Source: a virus. Taken from it: DNA of 64,000 nucleotides. Made by a program: the position numbers and the translations under genes. Below are positions 9,929 to 19,580 of this stretch, piece by piece. Under the pieces are notes generated by a model. The model did not search any database. It was not told the origin of the DNA and saw nothing but the letters and a program-made list of their open reading frames with translations. The stretch lies in the IMG/VR virus record IMGVR_UViG_3300025769_010106, positions 1-64,000 of that record, one strand, 5' to 3'. Every line of letters begins with the position of its first letter. Position 1 is the first letter of the stretch.

Positions 9929-10188
9929 AACCATATACTGAAATTCGCAGTAGTAATACAATTACACGAACTTTTAGTGTAGACTGTAATGAAAGTGAAC
10001 TTGTTTGGCATAGAGATCATACTGACAGATATGTAGAAATATTAGAGGGTAATGGTTGGCGTTTTCAAATGGACAACGATTTACCCATAATTCTACAGCC
10101 TGGCGATACTCTTGCTATACCCAAAAACACATATCATCGCATACTAAAGGGAACAACCGACCTTGTTGTAGAGATTGTAGAGCGTTAG
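9925..10188 (+). CDS. Cupin-fold protein
   Basis: WHRD...LEG.GW...GD...IP...YHR. Confidence 0.7.
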   Translation: MKPYTEIRSSNTITRTFSVDCNESELVWHRDHTDRYVEILEGNGWRFQMDNDLPIILQPGDTLAIPKNTYHRILKGTTDLVVEIVER

Positions 10189-10202
10189 ATAAATACACTG
10201 TT

Positions 10203-10532
10203 ATGAACGCACAAGATATTAGAAATACAATTACTATGCTCGAACGCACTAACAGCGATTTTCAATATGTCGCTGGTAGAGACTTTAGACTAGTTACTAA
10301 AGTTGAAAAGAACGGCGAAGTCTATGCTCTCGGCTCACTAGACCATGACTATGATGATAATACAAAGTCAGATTATAGCGTATATAAGCTAGAACGTGAA
10401 GATGGATTTGAATACAATAATAAGTTTTACCCTCAAGAATTTTATAGTGAAGTGGAATCACTTAAACTTAGTCCCTATGTCAAACCACAAGTAGCTCTTG
10501 ATTCATTTAAATCTTGGTTATCAAAAGTATAG
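10203..10532 (+). CDS. Hypothetical late protein
   Basis: ATG 10203 follows GATAAATA (10188-10195); leader MNAQDIRNTITMLE. Confidence 0.6.
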   Translation: MNAQDIRNTITMLERTNSDFQYVAGRDFRLVTKVEKNGEVYALGSLDHDYDDNTKSDYSVYKLEREDGFEYNNKFYPQEFYSEVESLKLSPYVKPQVALDSFKSWLSKV

Positions 10533-10548
10533 TACGAGAGTAAATGTA

Positions 10549-11031
10549 ATGCTAACACAAAATATTCCATTTCTGAAGTGGTGGATACAACTCACTATAA
10601 CCTTTTTTGGTGCACTCATAGCCTGGAAATTGGGTTGGTGGGAAGCATTATGGTATGCTGATATAACAAAAATAAGCATAGCAATCATTGTTGTCTTTAT
10701 TGTGACTACTGGCTTAACTGGCTATATTAGTAAGGTTAATAGTAAGGAAATACAAAACTATAGCAACTACGTATGGTTTGGTAGTGAAGCTATGATTACT
10801 TTAGGTATGATTGGCACTGTAGCAGGATTTCTACTAATGCTTAATACAACTTTCAGTGGCTTAGATGTTAAGAATGTTGTAAATGTCCAGGAAGCTATTG
10901 CGGACATGGCAGTGGGAATGAGCACTGCACTCAGCACAACTCTTATTGGATTGATTTGCAGCATACTAACAAAACTGCAAATGGTTATTTTAGAGAATAG
11001 CTGGGACAATGGCGAACAAACCAAGATATAA
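10549..11031 (+). CDS. MotA/TolQ/ExbB proton-channel-like membrane protein
   Basis: LGMIGTVAGF and GMSTALSTTLIGL helices. Confidence 0.8.
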   Translation: MLTQNIPFLKWWIQLTITFFGALIAWKLGWWEALWYADITKISIAIIVVFIVTTGLTGYISKVNSKEIQNYSNYVWFGSEAMITLGMIGTVAGFLLMLNTTFSGLDVKNVVNVQEAIADMAVGMSTALSTTLIGLICSILTKLQMVILENSWDNGEQTKI

Positions 11032-11632
11032 ATCTGGCTTCGGCTTTATTGACTTATTGTTTAACCTGTTAGTAGGTTTTACATTCATGTTTATTCTGGC
11101 TTTTATTCTAATAAATCCAGTAGCGAAAAAAGCAAGTGTAGATCCAAAGGCGGAATATATTGTATTGGTAACATGGGATGATACTAGTACTTATGATATA
11201 GATACATGGGTAATGGATGACCAGAATAACATTATAAGTTTTAGACGTAAAGACCATGCTCTTATCCATCTAGAAAGAGATGATATGGGTATTAGTAATG
11301 ATAGGTTTATTGATAAGGATGGTAAAGAGAAGATACGACAGATTAATAGAGAAGCGGTAAGTATACGTTCAAGGGACCCTAGAGTCTTTTATGTAAGTTT
11401 ACATTGGTTTAGCAATGGTGGTTCACAAACTTCAGACCCTATTGATGTTACTGTAGAATTTATATCAGTAAATCCATTCGTATCAATATCAACTAAAACA
11501 GTTACGCTAACTAAAACTGGGCAAGAGATACCAGTCTATAGAATAGAAATATTTGATGATAAATCAGTGGACGTTGAGGATAGCAATACTCATATAATTT
11601 ATAGTGATACTAACTTACGGAAAGAATGGTAA
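11009..11632 (+). CDS. ExbD/MotB-like single-pass membrane protein
   Basis: FIDLLFNLLVGF..FILINP N-terminal TM with conserved Asp; follows the TolQ-like gene. Confidence 0.65.
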   Translation: MANKPRYKSGFGFIDLLFNLLVGFTFMFILAFILINPVAKKASVDPKAEYIVLVTWDDTSTYDIDTWVMDDQNNIISFRRKDHALIHLERDDMGISNDRFIDKDGKEKIRQINREAVSIRSRDPRVFYVSLHWFSNGGSQTSDPIDVTVEFISVNPFVSISTKTVTLTKTGQEIPVYRIEIFDDKSVDVEDSNTHIIYSDTNLRKEW

Positions 11633-12111
11633 TGTTTGACTTTAATCTGAGTATGATACAACTAGCAATGATCTGGAGTTTTGCAGGACTAGTCTGTCTT
11701 ATTCCACTATTAACAATAAGCAAAAAAACGAAGTTTTTAATCGTTCCAATAGTATTTGTAGCTATCTATTTAAGTTTTGTAACTAACTTAGGATTTATTG
11801 GTAAACCTTACTATGCCAAACCTGAAAAGTTTGTATACAAATATCATACAGTGGATAAAGTAGATGATCAAACGTATATCACATTATGGGCTATTGTAAA
11901 GGGCAAGGACAGCCTATATAGATTTCCTTATACAAAAGACAATGAAGATACACTTAATAAAGCAAAAGAACGTGGCAAATCTGGAACGCCTCAGATTGGT
12001 GAATTCTTAAAGAACAATAAAAAACAGAAAGAACAGAAAGGTTTAAACCCCGACTCGGGTGGAGACCTAAAGATGTATGACTTTCCTCATCAAAAGTTGT
12101 ACCCAAAATAA
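11626..12111 (+). CDS. Membrane protein (two N-terminal TM helices)
   Basis: Hydrophobic N-terminus; third gene of the trio. Confidence 0.6.
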   Translation: MVMFDFNLSMIQLAMIWSFAGLVCLIPLLTISKKTKFLIVPIVFVAIYLSFVTNLGFIGKPYYAKPEKFVYKYHTVDKVDDQTYITLWAIVKGKDSLYRFPYTKDNEDTLNKAKERGKSGTPQIGEFLKNNKKQKEQKGLNPDSGGDLKMYDFPHQKLYPK

Positions 12112-12118
12112 GTATAGG

Positions 12119-12147
12119 TTGACATTCGCACGGTCCCATAGTACACT
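12119..12147 (+). promoter_or_regulatory. Sigma70-like promoter
   Basis: TTGACA-N17-TACACT upstream of AAGGAG RBS. Confidence 0.65.
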
Positions 12148-12167
12148 TGAATCATAAGGAGAACTCA

Positions 12168-12434
12168 ATGAGTAACGGTGATCGCGTATTCAATCCAGAA
12201 GAAAAAGCTAAACTAACACAACTAATTAACGAGGGTCTTTCAGTCCTGCAGGAAGTGGACGACCTTAATGGCGGCCTAGATGACACAGTAAAGGCTATTG
12301 CAGAAGAAATGCAGATTAAGCCAGCAGTACTTAAAAAAGCAATTAAAACAGCATACAAGGCCGACTTTGCACGCCATAGTGAAGACCTAGCAGAACTGGA
12401 AAACATTCTAGCCACAGTTGGCAAACTACAGTGA
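12168..12434 (+). CDS. T4 DsbA/GapR-like dsDNA-binding protein
   Basis: Helical 88-aa protein, DDTVKAIAEEMQIKPAVLKKAIK pattern, just upstream of DNA polymerase. Confidence 0.55.
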   Translation: MSNGDRVFNPEEKAKLTQLINEGLSVLQEVDDLNGGLDDTVKAIAEEMQIKPAVLKKAIKTAYKADFARHSEDLAELENILATVGKLQ

Positions 12435-12655
12435 CAGTACGCAAACCCCATCAATGGCTTGCCTGGTTAGGCACGGCGGGCTTGTTGATTGCAGCAACAC
12501 TTGCTGCGTTCAATTTCTATCCCTTTTATATTTTTGCATTTATAATAGGAAATAGTTTATGGGCCATTGCAGGTTGGCTGTGGAAAGAGCAATCTTTGGT
12601 TGTTCTCAATGTAGTAATTACGCTAATATATGTGATAGGATTGTTTTTTAAGTAA
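12431..12655 (+). CDS. Small membrane protein
   Basis: Three hydrophobic segments. Confidence 0.65.
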   Translation: MTVRKPHQWLAWLGTAGLLIAATLAAFNFYPFYIFAFIIGNSLWAIAGWLWKEQSLVVLNVVITLIYVIGLFFK

Positions 12656-15330
12656 TGTACATAGACGCATATTTTGATAGAGAACACGACAGGATCAACG
12701 TTGTAGAACGTGTGGAAGGGCGTAGGGAATACAGAGAGTTCCCTGCTAACTACGTGTTCTATTACAGTGATGCTCGAGGTAAGTTCCGTACAATCTACGG
12801 AAACCCTGTAAGCCGTTTCAGTACACGTAATGGTAAGGAGTTCCAGAGAGAACTAAAGATTCATGGCAAACATGGTCTATGGGAAAGCGATATCAATCCA
12901 GTATTTCGCTGTTTAAGTGAACACTATATAGGCATTGACGCACCTAAACTACAGACATGCTTCTTTGATATTGAGGTGGACTTTGATCCTGTTCGTGGTT
13001 ACAGTAATACTGATGATCCATTTAATGCTATTACAAGTATCAGTATGTATTTGGATTGGCAAAACAAGCTAATCACTCTTGCTGTTCCACCTAAGAGTTT
13101 GAGTATGGAAAGTGCACAGGATCTTGTGCGTGACTTTGAAAATACAGTACTGTTCCAAAGAGAAACAGACATGCTGGAGGCATTTCTGGATCTAATAGAA
13201 GATGCAGACATACTCAGCGGTTGGAACTCAGAGGGATATGATATTCCCTACACTGTTAATCGTATAACTCGTGTGTTGAGTAAGGATGACACACGCAAGT
13301 TCTGTTTATGGGGACAGTATCCTAGAAAGCGTACTTTTGAACGTTTCGGCAAGGAAGAGTTTACTTATGATCTAATTGGCAGACAGCACTTAGACTATAT
13401 GCAGTTGTATCGCAAATATACATACCATGAAATGCATAGTTATAGTTTGGATGCTATTGGTGAGTATGAGTTAGGTGAGCGCAAAGTTGCCTATGAGGGT
13501 ACGCTAGACCAGCTTTACAACCAGGACTTTTATACATTTATTGACTATAACAGACAGGACACCATGCTCCTGTATAAGCTGGATACCAAACTAAAGTTTA
13601 TTGATCTTAGTAACGAGCTTGCTCACGCTAACACTGTTTTACTTCCTACTACAATGGGCGCGGTTGCTGTTACAGAACAGGCAATTATTAACGAAGCACA
13701 TGAACAGGGTTTGATTGTTCCCAATAAAAAGGACGCAGGTGAAAAGCATACAGCAGCAGGTGCATATGTTGCAGATCCTAAAAAAGGTATTCACGAATGG
13801 ATTGGTTCAATTGACTTAAACAGTCTATATCCTAGTGCAATTCGTGCTCTTAACATGGCACCAGAAACTATCGTGGGCCAACTACGTCCAATAATGACAG
13901 ACAATGAGTTAGGCAGACGTATAGCTGAAGATGGTGCTTCATTCGCTGGTAGTTGGGAAAACATGTTTGGTACGCTAGAGTATCAGGCAGTAATGGCTGG
14001 CGAGCGTGGAACGGAAATTACTATTGATTGGGAAACCGGCGGATCGGATACTCTTAGTGCTGCTGAAGTTTGGCGTTTAATCTTTGACAGTAATAATCCC
14101 TGGATACTTACTGCCAATGGTACAATCTTTACATACGAGAAAAAGGGTGTAATCCCAGCACTGCTAGAACGCTGGTATGCTGAACGTAAAGAACTGCAAG
14201 CGAAAATGCGTGAAGCAACTGGCGAGGAACGTGCGTTCTGGGACAAGCGGCAGCTAGTTAAGAAGATTAACCTTAACAGTTTGTATGGCGCTATTCTTAA
14301 TCCATACTGTCGTTTCTTTGACCGTCGTATTGGACAGTCCACTACACTCACAGGCAGATGTATTGCAAAGCATATGAGTGCAAAGACTAATGAGCTGCTA
14401 ACTGGCAAGTATGATCACGTGGGTGACACAATCATATATGGTGACACTGACTCTGTATATTTTAGTGCTTGGCCAGTAGTCCGTGAGCAAGTTGAGCGTG
14501 GCGAAATGCGCTGGGGCAAGGATGAATGTGTAGCATTATACGATACCATTGCAGATGAAGTGAACACTACATTTCCAGCATTCATGGAAAAAGACTTCCA
14601 CTGTCCGCGTAAAAATGGCGAGATCATTGCTGCCGGCAGAGAAATCATTGGCAGCCGCGGCATCTTTATTACAAAGAAGCGTTATGCAGTACTAGTGTAT
14701 GATCAGGAAGGTTATCGTACAGACAAAGATGGCAAGCCTGGCAAAGTAAAGGCTATGGGACTGGATCTCAAGCGTAGTGATACACCTAAGGTTATGCAGG
14801 ACTTTATGAGTGAGCTACTTGAAGAAGTACTGGATGGCAAGGGGTCCGAACATGCCGTGGAACGTATTCTAGAATTCAAACGTGATTTTGCTAATCTCCC
14901 AGGCTGGGAAAAGGGCACACCCAAGCGTGTTAACAACCTAACCAAGTTTACTAACCTAGAGTGGGGCAAAGAAGACGGCAAAGAAGTATACAAGGGCAAA
15001 GCAAACATGCCCGGACACGTCAGGGCCGCTATTAACTGGAACCGTCTAAAGAAAATGCATGGCGACAACTACAGCATGAATATTGTGGACGGTATGAAGA
15101 CCATTGTATGCAAACTCAAAGACAATCCCATGGGTTACACCAGCGTTGGCTATCCAGTGGACGAACTAAACCTACCTAACTGGTTTAAAGAACTTCCGTT
15201 TAATCATAAGGAAATGGAAGCAACTATTGTAGATCAAAAGCTAGATAACTTGTTGGGAGAGCTTGGCTGGAACTTAACACAAAAGACACAAATACATAGC
15301 ACGTTTGAAAGTTTATTTACATTTGAGTAA
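12655..15330 (+). CDS. polB: Family B DNA polymerase (T4 gp43-like)
   Basis: FDIE exonuclease, SGWNSEGYD, DLNSLYPS, KINLNSLYG, YGDTDS, KKRY. Confidence 0.97.
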   Translation: MYIDAYFDREHDRINVVERVEGRREYREFPANYVFYYSDARGKFRTIYGNPVSRFSTRNGKEFQRELKIHGKHGLWESDINPVFRCLSEHYIGIDAPKLQTCFFDIEVDFDPVRGYSNTDDPFNAITSISMYLDWQNKLITLAVPPKSLSMESAQDLVRDFENTVLFQRETDMLEAFLDLIEDADILSGWNSEGYDIPYTVNRITRVLSKDDTRKFCLWGQYPRKRTFERFGKEEFTYDLIGRQHLDYMQLYRKYTYHEMHSYSLDAIGEYELGERKVAYEGTLDQLYNQDFYTFIDYNRQDTMLLYKLDTKLKFIDLSNELAHANTVLLPTTMGAVAVTEQAIINEAHEQGLIVPNKKDAGEKHTAAGAYVADPKKGIHEWIGSIDLNSLYPSAIRALNMAPETIVGQLRPIMTDNELGRRIAEDGASFAGSWENMFGTLEYQAVMAGERGTEITIDWETGGSDTLSAAEVWRLIFDSNNPWILTANGTIFTYEKKGVIPALLERWYAERKELQAKMREATGEERAFWDKRQLVKKINLNSLYGAILNPYCRFFDRRIGQSTTLTGRCIAKHMSAKTNELLTGKYDHVGDTIIYGDTDSVYFSAWPVVREQVERGEMRWGKDECVALYDTIADEVNTTFPAFMEKDFHCPRKNGEIIAAGREIIGSRGIFITKKRYAVLVYDQEGYRTDKDGKPGKVKAMGLDLKRSDTPKVMQDFMSELLEEVLDGKGSEHAVERILEFKRDFANLPGWEKGTPKRVNNLTKFTNLEWGKEDGKEVYKGKANMPGHVRAAINWNRLKKMHGDNYSMNIVDGMKTIVCKLKDNPMGYTSVGYPVDELNLPNWFKELPFNHKEMEATIVDQKLDNLLGELGWNLTQKTQIHSTFESLFTFE

Positions 15331-15338
15331 TATACGTA

Positions 15339-15346
15339 TATAAATA
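15339..15346 (+). promoter_or_regulatory. T4-type late promoter TATAAATA
   Basis: Exact consensus; in-frame ATGs follow at 15352 and 15355. Confidence 0.55.
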
Positions 15347-15351
15347 TGTTT

Positions 15352-16365
15352 ATGATGGATGCTACTCATATAGACTTCCTAGAACGAGAGACTGATAAAC
15401 GTGCAGTTGCTGACATCCGCGACATAAAAGATTTATTAGATTCGTTTGTTCGCTTATATGAAATAAAGAGACGTATAGAAAGATATAATATTAATATTGA
15501 TGAGTCAGCCGAGCATATCAAAAACCAGATTGTTCATCAAAAAAGACATTTCCTTAATACCAGTTCACATGATAATTTGTTAGATAGTATTGACAATCTG
15601 CAACAAAGCATCAGCAATTATCAGGTAAAGTTGAAGGAACACAAAAAATATATTGAAAATAGGATAAGAGAATTTGAAATTATATTCCTTCAAAAAGACT
15701 ATTTGGAATTTGAATTTCATTTGAAATCCACCGCGGAAGATTTAATAGAAAGACGCTCAGAGTTAAGCAGTAATGTAAAAGACTATCTACTTACTTTGGG
15801 TCAAGAAAGTAGCGGTTGGCAATTATCAGCAGCAGATATAAATCCAACTGACGGGGGGTTCACATCTAGCCTTGTTGCAAATGAGCCTCTCTATATAGTG
15901 GGTAAACAGGAACTACTTGATTATACTACAAAATCAATTACAGAAAAGCATAATGCATTTTATGCAGAACGACGTGTAAGAAAGTATTTGGATCTGAATG
16001 ATCTTCCTAATAATGGTTTATGGAATATATTCTGTTTTAGTAAATATGAATATTACCCCCTAGATCCATTTAAGGACGAAGCTATAATAATCTATAACAA
16101 ACTGGTACCGGGCGGCAAGTTCTTTTTCACATATAATAACTGTGAACTCAAACCTGGTCTCGAGTTTTGCGGTGGCTTTAGAGCATACCAAACAGAGTCC
16201 CTGGTAAAAGGTATGCTGTATGGTTTGGGTTTTGATTTTGTGAAAAACATTGAATTTAATAACGGAGCTCATACTATAATGGTTGTAAAAAAACCAGGAA
16301 GTATGGCTAGTATAAAACGAAGTGTACCAGATATAAGCATCGTACGAAAACTAAATGATGAGTAA
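15352..16365 (+). CDS. Coiled-coil plus degenerate class I SAM methyltransferase-like protein
   Basis: LVPGGKFFFTY post-motif; helical N-terminal half. Confidence 0.45.
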   Translation: MMDATHIDFLERETDKRAVADIRDIKDLLDSFVRLYEIKRRIERYNINIDESAEHIKNQIVHQKRHFLNTSSHDNLLDSIDNLQQSISNYQVKLKEHKKYIENRIREFEIIFLQKDYLEFEFHLKSTAEDLIERRSELSSNVKDYLLTLGQESSGWQLSAADINPTDGGFTSSLVANEPLYIVGKQELLDYTTKSITEKHNAFYAERRVRKYLDLNDLPNNGLWNIFCFSKYEYYPLDPFKDEAIIIYNKLVPGGKFFFTYNNCELKPGLEFCGGFRAYQTESLVKGMLYGLGFDFVKNIEFNNGAHTIMVVKKPGSMASIKRSVPDISIVRKLNDE

Positions 16366-16579
16366 ATCAAATGGATAGAGAAATATCGTCTGTTCACTGA
16401 AGAAGAATGGATTTCTAATTGCAGGAATAATCAAGATACCTTCCCGAATTCTAAATTAGAAATGCAAGGCGGCGGCAATACAATAAGCTATATGGTTTGT
16501 GAATATATCCAAAAGAATATTGACTCAGAATCTAAATAATCATATAATTAACTATCAACTATAACATAAGGAACAATCT

Positions 16580-17311
16580 ATGAAAGATTATTTACTTGAC
16601 GCTGTGCAGCATACGCACAGCCTAGGTTTCATTGATCTGGTTAAGATCACAGGAACAGAGGATACAACAAATATTGAAGGTATTGCTGAGGATCGTACAG
16701 TTATACTCAAAGGCGAATTTCATAAGCCTGTACCAGAGTTTATGGGTACATTTGGTATGCCCAATCTTACTACATTAAATGTTATCCTACGTATTCCTGA
16801 ATACGCAGAAAATGAGAAGATTAGTATTAATACCCAAGAGCGAAACGGACAAACAGTACCGGTTGGTATCCACTTTGAAAACGCGACTGGCGACTTCCAG
16901 AATGACTATCGTTTTATGGCAAGTGAAGTTGTTAATGACAAGCTCAAGAGCGTTACAATGAAAACGGTTAACTGGGGTGTAGAATTTGAACCCACCGTAG
17001 CCAGTATTCAACGTCTTAAGATGATGATCAGTGCAAATAGCGGAGAAACAACTTTTATTGCTCGCACAGAAGGCAAGGATCTAAAGTTTGCATTTGGTGA
17101 TGCTAGCACACACGCAGGCGAGTTTGTGTTCCAGCCAGACGTTGGTGGTAAAGTAAGCAAGGGGTGGGCTTGGCCAGTTGAGGCAGTATCAAAGATCCTT
17201 AGCCTAGGTGGTGACCTGAGATATTCAATCTCTGATGACGGTGTTAGCCAGATCAGTGTTGACAGTGGACTAGGCGTATATAACTATCTACTTCCAGCAC
17301 AAACAAAATAA
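16580..17311 (+). CDS. Probable DNA polymerase sliding clamp (gp45/PCNA-like)
   Basis: 243 aa, beta-rich two-domain pattern, C-terminal YNYLLPA, near polB; own TTGACT/TATAAT promoter and AAGGA RBS. Confidence 0.55.
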   Translation: MKDYLLDAVQHTHSLGFIDLVKITGTEDTTNIEGIAEDRTVILKGEFHKPVPEFMGTFGMPNLTTLNVILRIPEYAENEKISINTQERNGQTVPVGIHFENATGDFQNDYRFMASEVVNDKLKSVTMKTVNWGVEFEPTVASIQRLKMMISANSGETTFIARTEGKDLKFAFGDASTHAGEFVFQPDVGGKVSKGWAWPVEAVSKILSLGGDLRYSISDDGVSQISVDSGLGVYNYLLPAQTK

Positions 17312-17947
17312 ATGTCCTTTGATTACAACATTCTTCCTAATATTAGAATACTGCTAAATCCAAATCTGGACTGTATATGGATTAATATTCCAAAGAATGG
17401 AAGTAGTTTTGTACAGAAAGTTTTACAGGACAATGGATGGCGTGTGCCACATCCGAACAGTCATGATGGGTTGCTTAGAAGTAACATACGCAAATTCTTT
17501 ATATTACGAAATCCGTTAGAAAGATTTATCAGTGGGTTTGCTGAATGTTTTATTGAAGAACCTTCCGTATTATCATTGCTTGATAATCCCACATTTTTAC
17601 GGATACTAGCACGTAATCCAGTCTATGACGGGCACACTACACAACAACATCTTTTTATTCCAGATTTAAGGAATAGTGAACACATATTTCTAGGATCAAG
17701 CCAACCTGCTCAACGGTTCTATTATAATCTTCAGGAATGGGTTAGAGCAATGGGCGGTCAAACAGACTGTGGAACATGGAAAGATCCAGCAAATCCTAAA
17801 GACAATGACGATAATAAACTTGCTATTAACCACAAGTTAAGAGAAATCATTGGTAGCAATAAAGATCTTAAACTCGCTATTGAAAATTTTTACAGTCAGG
17901 ATTATGATCTTCTAAATAAAGTCAAAAGAGTAAAATATGATGGATAG
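17312..17947 (+). CDS. Sulfotransferase family 2-like protein
   Basis: IPKNGSS 5'-PSB and LRNPLERFISG 3'-PB motifs. Confidence 0.7.
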   Translation: MSFDYNILPNIRILLNPNLDCIWINIPKNGSSFVQKVLQDNGWRVPHPNSHDGLLRSNIRKFFILRNPLERFISGFAECFIEEPSVLSLLDNPTFLRILARNPVYDGHTTQQHLFIPDLRNSEHIFLGSSQPAQRFYYNLQEWVRAMGGQTDCGTWKDPANPKDNDDNKLAINHKLREIIGSNKDLKLAIENFYSQDYDLLNKVKRVKYDG

Positions 17948-19397
17948 CAACTTTACACAACAGCAAAATGATTACGCAGTATTTCTACCGGCGATCAGTA
18001 GTTTCTATGCTACGTTTGTGGGTAGACAGCGGTATGAAAACTATGTTGATCCAGCACGTATTCCCAGTCACTTTACTAACGGTTTAGAGAGTGGTAACTG
18101 GTTAAGCAATGATGGTCTGTTTAACTACAAGTGGAGTCTGTATAGTTCAGGACATGTAGACTTAGACACTAACAAACATCTGCCTAAAGAAGCAATGATA
18201 CGTGAACGTGATCGTAGCACAAGTTTTATTGTTGGTGATAGTGGTGGCTATCAGATTGGTAAGGGCGTATGGGAAGCAGACTGGAAGGATCCCAACTGTC
18301 CACGAGCTCACGCCAAACGTGATGCTGTTCTAAAGTGGATGGATGCCTATATGGATTATGGCATGACACTTGACGTTCCCAGTTGGCTACAGCGTAGTAG
18401 TCAGGAAGCCAGAGATCGCACTGGTATTCACAGCTATGAAGATGCGTGTTCAGCAACTGAAATCAATAACGAATATTGGATACGTAATCGCAAGGGGGAA
18501 TGTCGTTTCCTAAACACACTACAGGGTGAGAATCATACAGAGGCAGATGATTGGTACAACCGTATGAAGAAATACTGTGATCCAAAACAGTATGAGAATC
18601 ACTTTAATGGTTGGGCAATGGGTGGACAAAACGTAAGTGATGTGCACCTTATTCTAAAGCGTATAGTTACTCTAATGCGTGATGGCTTACTTGAAAAGGG
18701 ACTACACGATTGGATGCACGTACTAGGTACTAGTAAACTAGAATGGGCGTGTCTACTAACAGATGTTCAACGTGCGATTCGTAAAAACTATAATGAAGAC
18801 TTTACAATTAGTTATGATTGTGCAAGTCCTTTCCTTGCAGTAGCAAATGGACAAGTATACTGTGAACTAACTATGGAAGATCGCAAGCGTTGGAGTTATC
18901 GTATGATGAAATGCTTTGACGATAGGAACTTGCATACTGATACAACTCCGTTTGGACAAGCATTTATACGTGAAGGCTGTTATCATAAGTTTGATGAAAC
19001 TGTAATTAGTAAGGGACTTACAGCAGCAGATATTTGTGCTTATGGTCCTGGTGACCTAAATAAGATTGGTAAAGAAGGCCGCACAAGTTGGGATAGTTTT
19101 ACATACTTCCTACTCATGGCTCACAGCGTGGCTCTACACATTCACGCTTGTCAGGAAAGTAATAGACGTTACGATAAGGGCATTGTTCCTAGCATGCTAG
19201 TACAAGAAGACTTTGATCGTGTACTAATGCGTGACGTAATTAATGAAATTATCGGTTGCGCGGATTCAGATAAGGCTTTAGAATTAGTAGATGAGTACAG
19301 TAGACTTTGGATGGAAGCAGTAGGTACTCGAGGTTATACCGGTAAACGTGCTATAAACTCTAATACAAAATACTATGATCTTTTTCAAGAGGTTTAG
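17937..19397 (+). CDS. dpdA: tRNA-guanine transglycosylase-like DNA 7-deazaguanine transglycosylase
   Basis: GDSGGYQIG, MTLDVP, LQG, GWAMGG, HVLG, SYDCASP TGT-fold motifs; folE/queD/queE nearby. Confidence 0.8.
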   Translation: MMDSNFTQQQNDYAVFLPAISSFYATFVGRQRYENYVDPARIPSHFTNGLESGNWLSNDGLFNYKWSLYSSGHVDLDTNKHLPKEAMIRERDRSTSFIVGDSGGYQIGKGVWEADWKDPNCPRAHAKRDAVLKWMDAYMDYGMTLDVPSWLQRSSQEARDRTGIHSYEDACSATEINNEYWIRNRKGECRFLNTLQGENHTEADDWYNRMKKYCDPKQYENHFNGWAMGGQNVSDVHLILKRIVTLMRDGLLEKGLHDWMHVLGTSKLEWACLLTDVQRAIRKNYNEDFTISYDCASPFLAVANGQVYCELTMEDRKRWSYRMMKCFDDRNLHTDTTPFGQAFIREGCYHKFDETVISKGLTAADICAYGPGDLNKIGKEGRTSWDSFTYFLLMAHSVALHIHACQESNRRYDKGIVPSMLVQEDFDRVLMRDVINEIIGCADSDKALELVDEYSRLWMEAVGTRGYTGKRAINSNTKYYDLFQEV

Positions 19398-19580
19398 ATG
19401 AAAGAAATTGATAGGCTCACTGAACAACACAATAGGCTTCATGCTAGTGTTGAGAAACTAGAAAAAGAACACACACAATTTCCACAAGATTCAGATATTA
19501 GTAATAAACTTTCAGAGTTGAAGAAAAAGAAACTTCAAGTTAAAGACGCACTGAATCAGGGGAAAAACAAAAGTGAATAG
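19398..19580 (+). CDS. DUF465/YdcH-like coiled-coil protein
   Basis: H..L...V..LE...LKKKKLQVKD pattern. Confidence 0.6.
   Translation: MKEIDRLTEQHNRLHASVEKLEKEHTQFPQDSDISNKLSELKKKKLQVKDALNQGKNKSE

Noticed and set aside
12655-15330. Intein or intron in DNA polymerase
   Set aside because: Continuous 891-aa ORF of normal size, with no intein or homing endonuclease motifs seen
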